Source: the human T2T-CHM13v2.0 reference genome, Homo sapiens
Direction: 5' to 3' (one strand)
Assembly: GCF_009914755.1 (NCBI RefSeq)
Contig: NC_060933.1
DNA length: 64,000 bases
The notes below the pieces were generated by a model. The model was given only the letters and a program-made list of their open reading frames with translations. It was not told where the DNA came from and searched no databases. The stretch's first letter is position 1, and the number at the start of each line of letters is the position of its first letter. Below are positions 53,746 to 64,000 of the stretch, piece by piece. The position numbers and the translations under genes were made by a program.

Positions 53746-56700
53746 TACTCGGGTTGATTCCATTCCATTGCATTCCATTCCATTCCATTCCATTCCATTC
53801 CGTTGCATTCCATTCTATTACATTCGGATTGATTCTATTCAACTCCCTTACTCTCCATTACATTCCATTCCATTCGGGTTGTTCCATTCCATTCCATTCC
53901 ATTCCACTCCATTCCATTGCACTCGGGTTGATTCCATTCCATTCCATTCCATTCCATTCCATTCCATTCCGGATGATTCCATTCCATTGCATTCCGTTCC
54001 ATTACATTCCCTTGCACTCGCGTTGATTCCATTCCATTCCATTCCATTCCTTTCAATTCCATTCCATTACAATTCGTTCCATTCCATTCTATTCCGTACC
54101 ATTCCATTCCATTCCATACCATTCCATTCCATTCCATTCCATTCCATTCCATTCCGTTCCATTCCGTTCCATTCCATTCCATTCCATTCTATTCGGATTA
54201 ATTCCATTTCATTCCATTCCATTCCATTCTATTCCATTCCATTGCAATCGAGTTGAATCCATTGCATTTCATTCCATTCCATTCCATTCCATTCCATTCC
54301 ATTCCGGAAGATTCCATTCCATTCCATTCGATTGCAATCGAGTTGATTCCATTCCATTCCATTCCATTCCATTCCTTTCCATTCCATTACGGATGATTCC
54401 ATTCCATTGCATTCCATTCCATTCCATTCCCCTGTACTCGGGTTGATTCCATTCCATTCCATTCCAATCCATGCCATTCCACTCGTGTTGATTCCATTCT
54501 TTCCATTCCATTCAAGTTGAATCCATTCCATTGCATTCCATTCCATTCGATTTCATTCGATTGCACTCGGGTTGATTCCATTCCATTCCATTCCATTCCA
54601 TTCCGTTCCATTCCATTCCATTACATTCGGATTGATTCTTCTCAATTCCCTTACACTCCATTACATTCCATTCCATTCGGGTAGTTTCCATTCCATTCCA
54701 TTCCATTCCTCTCCTTTCCATTGCACTCGGGTTGATTCCATTCCATTGCATTCCATTCCATTCCATTCAATTCCATTCCGTTCCATTCCATTCCATTACA
54801 TTCGGATTGATTCTATTCAACTCCCTTACTCTCCATTACATTCCATTCCATTCGGGTTGTTCCATTCCATTCCATTCCATTCCACTCCATTCCATTGCAC
54901 TCGGGTTGATTCCATTCCATTCCATTCCATTCCATTCCATTCCATTCCATTCCGGAAGATTCCATTCCATTGCATTCCATTCCATTCCATTCCCCTGCAC
55001 TCGCGTTGATTCCATTCCATTCCATTCTATTCCATTCCATTCCCTTCCTTTCCGTTCCATTCCATTCCATTCCATTCCATTCCATTCCATTCCGTTCCGT
55101 TCCATTCCATTCCATTCCATTCTATTCGGTTAATTCCATTCCATTCCATTCGATTGCAATCGAGTTGATTCCATTCCATTCCATTCCATTCCATTCCATT
55201 CCATTCCATTCCTTTCCATTCCATTACGGATGATTCCATTCCATTGCATTCCATTCCATTCCATTCCCCTGTACTCGGGTGGATTCCATTCCATTCCATT
55301 CCAATCCATGCCGTTCCACTCGTGTTGATTCCATTCTTTCCATTCCATTCAAGTTGAATCCATTCCATTGCATTCCATTCCATTCGATTCCATTCGATTG
55401 CACTCGGGTTGATTCCATTCCATTGCATTCCATTCCATTCCATTCCATTCCATTCCTTTCCATTCCATTTCATTACATTCAGATTTATTCTATTCAATTC
55501 CCTTACACTCGATTATATTCCAATCCATTCTGGTTGTTTCCATTCCATTCCATTCCATTTCACTCCATTCCATTGCACTCGGGTTGATTCCATTCCATTC
55601 CATTCCATTGCATTCCATTCCATTCCATTCCGGATGATTCCATTCCATTGCATTCCATTCCATTCCATTCCCCTGCACTCGGGTTGATTCCATTCCATTC
55701 CATTACATTCCGTTCCATTCCATTCCATTCCATTCGGATTGATTGTATTCAATTCCCTTACACTCCATTACATTCCATTCCATTCGGGTAGTTTCCATTC
55801 CATTCCATTCCATTCCTCTCCATTCCATTGCACTCGGGTTGATTCCATTCCTTTCCATTCCATTCCATTCCATTCCATTCCATTACATTACCTTCCATTC
55901 CATTCCGTTCCATTGTACTCGGGTTGATTCCATTCCATTGCATTCCATTCCATTCCATTACATTACATTCGGATTGATTCTATTCAACTCCCTTACTCTC
56001 CATTACATTCCATTCCATTCGGGTTCTTCCATTCCATTCCATTCCATTCCACTCCATTCCATTGCACTCGGGTTGATTCCATTCCATTCCATTCCATTCC
56101 ATTCCATTCCATTCCATTCCATTCTGGATGATTCCATTCCATTGCATTCCATTCCATTCCATTCCCCTGTACTCGGGTTGATTCCATTCCATTCCATTCC
56201 AATCCATGCCATTCCACTCGTGTTGATTCCATTCTTTCCATTCCATTCAAGTTGAATCCATTCCATTGCATTCCATTCCATTCCATTCCCCTGCAGTCGG
56301 GTTGATTCCATTCCATTCCATTCCATTCCATTCCATTCCATTCCATTCCGTTCCATTCCATTACATTCCTTTCTATTCGAGTTAATTCCATTCCATTCCA
56401 TTCCATTCCATTCCATTCCATTCCATTCCAATTAAGTTGATTCCATTCCATTCCATTCCATTCCATTCCATTCCATTCCATTCCACTCCATTCCAGTCCT
56501 TTCCATTCCATTCCACTCGGGTTGATTCCAATGTATTCCTTTCCATTCCATTCCATTCCATTGCAATCAAGTTGATTCCATTGCATTGCATTCCATTCCA
56601 TTCCATTCCATTCCGGATGATTCCATTCCATTGCATTCCATTCCATTCCATTCCCCTGCACTCGGGTTGATTCCATTAAATTCCACTCCATTCCGTTCCA

Positions 56701-59005
56701 TTCCATTCCATTCCATTGTATTCGGGTTAATTCCATTCCATTCCATTCCATTCCATTCCATTCCATTCCATTCCATTACAATCGTGTTGATTCCATTCCA
56801 TTCCATTCCATTCCAGTCCTTTCCATTCCATTCCACTCGGGTTGATTCCATTCTATTAGTTTCCATTCCATTCCATTCCCTTCCATTCCACTCTGGTTGA
56901 TTCCATTCCTTTCCATTCCACTCGAATACATTCCCTCCTATTCCACTCGGAACGATTCCATTCCATTCCATTCCATTCCATTCCATTCCATTTCGTTCCA
57001 TTCCATTCTATTCCGTATCATTCCATTCCATTCCATTGCATTCCATTCCATTCCATTGCATTCCATTCCATTCCATTCCATTCCATTCCATTCCGTTGCA
57101 TTCCATTCCATTACATTCGGATTGATTCTATTCAACTCCCTTACTCTCCATTACATTCCATTCCATTCGGGTTGTTCCATTCCATTCCATTCCATTCCAC
57201 TCCATTCTATTGCACTCGGGTTGATTCCATTCCATTCCATTCCATTCTATTCCATTCCATTCCGGATGATTCCATTCCATTGCATTCCGTTCCATTACAT
57301 TCCCCTGCACTCGCGTTGATTCCGTTCCATTCCATTCCATTCCATTCAATTCCATTCCATTAGAATTCGTTCCATTCCATTCTATTCCGTACCATTCCAT
57401 TCCATTCCATACCATTCCACTCCATTCCATTCCATTCCATTCCGTTCCATTCCGTTCCATTCCATTCCATTCCATTCTATTCGGATTAAATCCATTCCAT
57501 TCCATTCCATTCCATTCTATTCCATTCCATTGCAATCTAGTTGAATCCATTGCATTTCATTCCATTCCATTCCATTCCATTCCGGAAGATTCCATTCCAT
57601 TGCATTCCATTCCATTCCATTCCCCTGCACTCGCGTTGATTCCATTCCATTCCATTCCATTCCATTCCGTTCTGTTCCATTACAATCCATTCCATTCCAT
57701 TCCATTCCGTTCCGTTCCGTTCCATTCCATTCCATTCCATTCTATTCGGGTTAATTCCATTCCATTCCATTCGATTGCAATCGAGTTGATTCCATTCCAT
57801 TCCATTCCATTCCATTCCATTCCATTCCTTTCCATTGCATTATGGATGATTCCTTTCCATCGCATTCCATTCCATTCCATTCCCCTGTACTCGGGTTGAT
57901 TCCATTCCATTCCATTCCAATCCATGCCATTCCACTCGTGTTGATTCCATTCTTTCCATTCCATTCAAGTTGAATCCACTCCATTGCATTCCATTCCATT
58001 CGATTCCATTCGATTGCACTCGGGTTGATTCCATTCCATCGCATTCCATTCCATTCCATTCCATTCCATTCCATACCATTCTGTTCCATTCCATTCCATT
58101 ACATTCGGATTGATTCTATTCAATTCCCTTACACTCCATTACATTCCATTCCATTCGGGTAGTTTCCATTCCATTCCATTCCATTCCTCTCCATTCCATT
58201 GCACTCGGGTTGATTCCATTCCATTGCATTCCATTCCATTCCATTCAATCCCATTCCGTTCCATTCCATTCCATTACATTCGGATTGATTCTATTCAACT
58301 CCGTTACTCTCCATTACATTCCATTCCATTCGGGTTGTTCCATTCCATTCCATTCCACTCCATTCCATTGCACTCGGGTTGATTCCATTCCATTCCATTC
58401 CATTCCATTCCATTCCATTCCATTGCATTCCGTTCCATTCCATTACATTCGGATTGATTCTTTTGAACTCCCTTACTCTCCATTACATTCCATTCCATTC
58501 GGATTGTTCCATTCCATTCCATTCCATTCCACTCCATTCCATTGCACTCGGGTTGATTCCATTCCATTCCATTCCATTCCATTCCGGATGATTCCATTCC
58601 ATTGCATTCCGTTCCATTACATTCCCCTGCACTCGGGTTGATTCCATTCCATTCCATTCCATTCCATTCGATTCCATTCCATTCCCCTGCACTCGCGTTG
58701 ATTCCATTCCATTCCATTCCATTCCTTTCCATTCCAGTCCTTTCCATTCCATTCCACTCGGGTTGATTCCATTCTATTAGTTTCCCTTCCATTCCATTCC
58801 CTTCCATTCCACTCTGGTTGATTCCATTCCTTTCCATTCCACTCGAATACATTACCTCCTATTCGACTCGGAACGATTCCATTCCATTCCATTCCATTCC
58901 ATTCCATTCCATTCCACTCTTGTTGATTCCATTCCTTTCCATTCCATTCGGTTTGAAGGCATTCCATTCCATTCCATTCCATTCCATTCCATTCCATTCC
59001 ATTCC

Positions 59006-62000
59006 ATTGTACTCGGGTTGATTCCATTCCATTGCATTCCATTCCATTCCATTCCATTCCTTTCCATTCCGTTGCATTCCATTCCATTACATTCGGATTG
59101 ATTATATTCAACTCCCTTACTCTCCATTACATTCCATTCCATTCGGGTTGTTCCATTCCATTCCATTCCATTCCACTCCATTCCATTGCACTCGGGTTGA
59201 TTCCATTCCATTCCATTCCATTCCATTCCATTCCGGATGATTCCATTCCATTGCATTCCGTTCCATTACATTCCCCTCCACTCGCGTTGATTCCATTCCA
59301 TTCCATTCCATTCCATTCAATTCCATTCCATTACAATTCTTTCCATTCCATTCTATTCCGTACCATTCCATTCCATTCCATACCATTCCATTCCATTCCA
59401 TTCCCTTCCATTCCGTTCCATTCCGTTCCATTCCATTCCATTCCATTCTATTCGTGTTAATTCCATTCCATTCCATTCAATTCCATTCCATTCTATTCCA
59501 TTCCATTACAATCGAGTTGAATCCATTGCATTTCATTCCATTCCATTCCATTCCATTCCATTCCATCCATTCCGTTCCATTCCGTTCCATTCCTTTCCAT
59601 TCCATTCCATTCCATTCCGTTCCGTTCCATTCCATTCCATTCCATTCTATTCGGGTTTATTCCATTCCATTCCATTCGATTGCAATCGAGTTGATTCCAT
59701 TCCATTCCATTCCGTTCCATTCCATTCCATTCCATTCCATTCCTTTCCATTCCATTACGGATGATTCCATTCCATTGCATTCCATTCCATTCCATTCCCC
59801 TGTACTCGGGTTGATTCCATTCCATTCCATTCCAATCCATGCCATTCCACTCGTGTTGATTCCATTCTTTCCATTCCATTCAAGTTGAATCCATTCCATT
59901 GCAATCCATTCCATTGTATTCCATTCGATTACACTCGGGTTGATTCCATTCCATTGCATTCCATTCCATTCCATTCCATTCCATTCCATTCCATTCCATT
60001 CCGTTCCATTCCATTCCATTACATTCGGATTCATTCTATTCAATTCCCTTACAATCCATTACATTCCATTAAATTCGGGTAGCTTCCATTCCATTCCATT
60101 CCATTCCTCTCCATTCCATTGCTCTCGGGTTGATTCCATTCCATTGCATTCCATTCCATTCCATTCAATTCCATTCCGTTCCATTCCATTCCATTCCATT
60201 CGGATTGATTCTATTCAACTCCCTTACTCTCCATTACATTCCATTCCATTCGGGTTGTTCCATTCCATTCCATTCCTTTCCACTCCATTCCATTGCACTC
60301 GGGTTTATTCCATTCCATTCCATTCCATTCCATTCCATTCCATTCCGGAAGATTCCATTCCATTGCATTCCATTCCATTCCATTCCCCTGCACTCGCGTT
60401 GATTCCATTCCATTCCATTCCATTCCATTCCATTCCATTCCATTCCTTTCCTTTCCATTCCATTCCATTCCATTCCATTCCAATCCATTCCATTCCGTTC
60501 CGTTCCGTTCCATTCCATTCCATTCCATTCTATTCGGGTTAATTCCATTCCATTCCATTCGATTGCAATTGTGTTGATTCCATTCCATTCTATTCCATTC
60601 CATTCCATTCCATTCCATTCCATTCCTTTCCATTCCATTACGGATGATTCCATTCCATTGCATTCCATTCCATTCCATTCCCCTGTACTCGGGTTGATTC
60701 CATTCCATTCCATTCCAATCCATGCCATTCCACTCGTGTTGATTCCTTTCTTTCCATTCCATTCAAGTTGAATCCATTCCATTGCATTCCATTCCATTCC
60801 ATTCCCCTGCAGTCGGGTTGATTCCATTCCATTCCATTCCATTCCATTCCATTCCATTCCGTTCCGTTCCATTCCATTCCATTCTATTCGGGTTAATTCC
60901 ATTCCATTCCATTCCATTCCATTCCAATCGAGTTGATTCCATTCCATTCCATTCCATTCCATTCCACTCCATTCCAGTCCTTTCCATTCCATTCCACTCG
61001 GGTTGTTCCCAATGTATTCCTTTCCATTCCATTCCATTCCATTGCAATCGAGTTGATTCCATTGCTTTGCATTCCATTCCATTCCATTCCATTCCGGATG
61101 ATTCCATTCCATTGCATTCCATTCCATTCCATTCCCCTGCACTCGGGTTGATTCCATTCCATTCCACTCCATTCCGTTCCATTCCATTCCATTCCATTGT
61201 ATTCGGGTTAATTCCATTCCATTCCATTCCATTCCATTCCATTGCATTTCGTTCCATTCCATTCTATTCCGTATCATTCCATTCCATTCCATTCCATTCC
61301 ATTCCATTCCATTCCATTGTACTCGGGTTGATTCCATTCCATTGCATTCCATTCCATTCCATTCCATTCCTTTCCATTCCGTTGCATTCCATTCCATTAC
61401 ATTCGGATTGATTATATTCAACTCCCTTACTCTCCATTACATTCCATTCCATTCGGGTTGTTCCATTCCATTCCATTCCATTCCACTCCATTCCATTGCA
61501 CTCGGGTTGATTCCATTCCATTCCATTCCATTCCATTCCATTCCGGATGATTCCATTCCATTGCATTCCGTTCCATTACATTCCCCTCCACTCGCGTTGA
61601 TTCCATTCCTTTCCATTCCATTCCATTCAATTCCATTCCATTACAATTCTTTCCATTCCATTCTATTCCGTACCATTCCATTCCATTCCATACCATTCCA
61701 TTCCATTCCCTCCCATTCCGTTCCATTCCGTTCCATTCCATTCCATTCCATTCTATTCGTGTTAATTCCATTCCATTCCATTCAATTCCATTCCATTCTA
61801 TTCCATTCCATTACAATCGAGTTGAATCCATTGCATTTCATTCCATTCCATTCCATTCCATTCCATTCCATTCCGGAAGATTCCATTCCATTGCATTCCA
61901 TTCCATTCCATTCCCCTGCACTCGCGTTGATTCCATTCCATTCCATTCCATTCCATTCCATCCATTCCGTTCCATTCCTTTCCATTCCTTTCCATTCCAT

Positions 62001-64000
62001 TCCATTCCATTCCGTTCCGTTCCATTCCATTCCATTCCATTCTATTCGGGTTAATTCCATTCCATTCCATTCGATTGCAATCGAGTTGATTCCATTCCAT
62101 TCCATTCCGTTCCATTCCATTCCATTCCATTCCATTCCTTTCCATTCCATTACGGATGATTCCATTCCATTGCATTCCATTCCATTCCATTCCCCTGTAC
62201 TCGGGTTGATTCCATTCCATTCCATTCCAATCCATGCCATTCCACTCGTGTTGATTCCATTCTTTCCATTCCATTCAAGTTGAATCCATTCCATTGCATT
62301 CCATTCCATTGTATTCCATTCGATTGCACTCGGGTTGATTCCATTCCATTGCATTCCATTCCATTCCATTCCATTCCATTCCATTCCATTCCATTCCGTT
62401 CCATTCCATTCCATTACATTCGGATTGATTCTATTCAATTCCCTTACACTCCATTACATTCCATTAAATTCGGGTAGCTTCCATTCCATTCCATTCCATT
62501 CCTCTCCATTCCATTGCTCTCGGGTTGATTTCATTCCATTGCATTCCATTCCATTCCATTCAATTCCATTCCGTTCCATTCCATTCCATTCCATTCGGAT
62601 TGATTCTATTCAACTCCCTTACTCTCCATTACGTTCCATTCCATTCGGGTTGTTCAATTCCATTCCATTCCTTTCCACTCCATTCCATTGCACTCGGGTT
62701 TATTCCATTCCATTCCATTCCATTCCATTCCATTCCATTCCGGAAGATTCCATTCCATTGCATTCCATTCCATTCCATTCCCCTGCACTCGCGTTGATTC
62801 CATTCCATTCCATTCCATTCCATTCCATTCCATTCCATTCCATTCCATTCCTTTCCTTTCCATTCCATTCCATTCCATTCCATTCCAATCCATTCCATTC
62901 CGTTCCGTTCCGTTCCATTCCATTCCATTCCATTCTATTCGGGTTAATTCCATTCCATTCCATTCGATTGCAATCGAGTTGATTCCATTCCATTCTATTC
63001 CATTCCATTCCATTCCATTCCATTCCTTTCCATTCCATTACGGATGATTCCATTCCATTGCATTCCATTCCATTCCATTCCCCTGTACTCGGGTTGATTC
63101 CATTCCATTCCATTCCAATCCATGCCATTCCACTCGTGTTGATTCCATTCTTTCCATTCCATTCAAGTTGAATCCATTCCATTGCATTCTATTCCATTCC
63201 ATTCCCCTGCAGTCGGGTTGATTCCATTCCATTCCATTCCATTCCATTCCATTCCATTCCATTCCGTTCCGTTCCATTCCATTCCATTCTATTCGGGTTA
63301 ATTCCATTCCATTCCATTCCAATCGAGTTGATTCCATTCCATTCCATTCCATTACATTCCATTCCATTCCATTCCACTCCATTCCAGTCCTTTCCATTCC
63401 ATTCCACTCGGGTTGTTCCCAATGTATTCCTTTCCATTCCATTCCATTCCATTGCAATCGAGTTGATTCCATTGCTTTTCATTCCATTCCATTCCATTCC
63501 ATTCCGGATGATTCCATTCCATTGCATTCCATTCCATTCCATTCCCCTGCACTCGGGTTGATTCCATTCCATTCCACTCCATTCCGTTCCATTCCATTCC
63601 ATTCCATTGTATTCGGGTTAATTCCATTCCATTCCATTCCATTCCATTCCATTGCATTTCGTTCCATTCCATTCTATTCCGTATCATTCCATTCCATTCC
63701 ATTCCATTCCATTCCATTCCATTCCATTGTACTCGGGTTGATTCCATTCCATTGCATTCCATTCCATTCCATTCCATTCCTTTCCATTCTGTTGCATTCC
63801 ATTCCATTACATTCGGATTGATTATATTCAACTCCCTTACTCTCCATTACATTCCATTCCATTCGGGTTGTTCCATTCCATTCCATTCCATTCCACTCCA
63901 TTCCATTGCACTCGGGTTGATTCCATTCCATTCCATTCCATTCCATTCCATTCCGGATGATTCCATTCCATTGCATTCCATTCCATTACATTCCCCTCCA
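59006..64000 (+). repeat. ~2.3-2.4 kb higher-order tandem unit: 59006-61315, 61316-63725, partial third 63726-64000
   Basis: Private words recur: ATTATATTCA at 59101/61411/63821, TTCCCCTCCA at 59271/61581/63991, AAATTCGGGTAGCTT at ~60071/62466, GGTTGTTCCCAATG at 61001/63411. ORF offsets are 2310, 2395 and 2410. Confidence 0.9.

Larger units (their letters stand above)
1..64000. repeat. Human Satellite 3 (HSat3/Sat III) array, (CATTC)n on + strand, with interspersed CAACCCGAGT-family decamers
   Basis: CATTC pentamer backbone throughout, with long perfect runs (typical of HSat3; HSat2 is dominated by CATTCGATTC/GATGATTCC). Recurrent ACTCGGGTTG, AATCGAGTTG, ATTCGGGTTA and ACTCGCGTTG words. Same orientation from end to end. 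Species and subfamily are inferred from motif resemblance only. Confidence 0.97.

Noticed and set aside
30-63976. Hundreds of ORFs up to 408 aa (poly-HSIPF on +, poly-MEWNG on -)
   Set aside because: A 5-bp repeat without stop codons is open in all frames and gives a 5-residue period. The ORFs overlap in all six frames, end only at variant words and show no domain structure. They were used only as alignment markers.
1-64000. CRISPR-like repeat/spacer reading of words separated by pentamer runs
   Set aside because: The 'spacers' are not unique, lengths are irregular, there is no leader or cas gene, and the sequence is a recognisable primate satellite.
1-64000. Strand inversion or inserted Alu/L1/other unique DNA
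   Set aside because: I found no GGAAT-oriented tract, poly-A tail or non-satellite island on reading through the window.
1-64000. Annotating a Sat III lncRNA gene on the - strand
   Set aside because: Sat III G-rich transcripts are known, but no start, end or locus-specific evidence can be read from this sequence.
1-64000. Telomeric repeat, alpha satellite/CENP-B box or HSat2 identity
   Set aside because: No TTAGGG tract and no 171-bp alpha monomer. CATTCGATTC words are rare, unlike in HSat2.

Overview
The whole 64 kb window is one uninterrupted array of classical human-type Satellite 3 (HSat3 / Sat III). It is (CATTC)n on the + strand and (GGAAT)n on the - strand, punctuated every ~30-100 bp by variants of the Sat III decamer ACTCGGGTTG (= CAACCCGAGT). 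I see no genes, RNA genes, transposon insertions or strand inversions. Every ORF in the track is a poly-HSIPF or poly-MEWNG artefact of the stop-free 5-bp repeat. The information is in the variant pattern. (1) There is a near-identical 14,902-bp tandem duplication (~22454-37355 / ~37356-52215). (2) It is nested on older ~4.5-4.8 kb block duplications with an A-B-A' arrangement. (3) A separate ~2.3-2.4 kb tandem unit starts at ~59 kb. (4) There are several 25-385 bp local duplications. (5) One recurrent word, ATTCCGGAAGATTCC, is a perfect three-unit heat-shock element (nTTCn-nGAAn-nTTCn) and is very unevenly distributed. I cannot support a new gene system here. The best candidates for unexplained biology are the patterned transcription-factor sites and the nested duplication history. 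Coordinates and counts were obtained by eye and from ORF-track offsets, so block edges are approximate and counts are minima.
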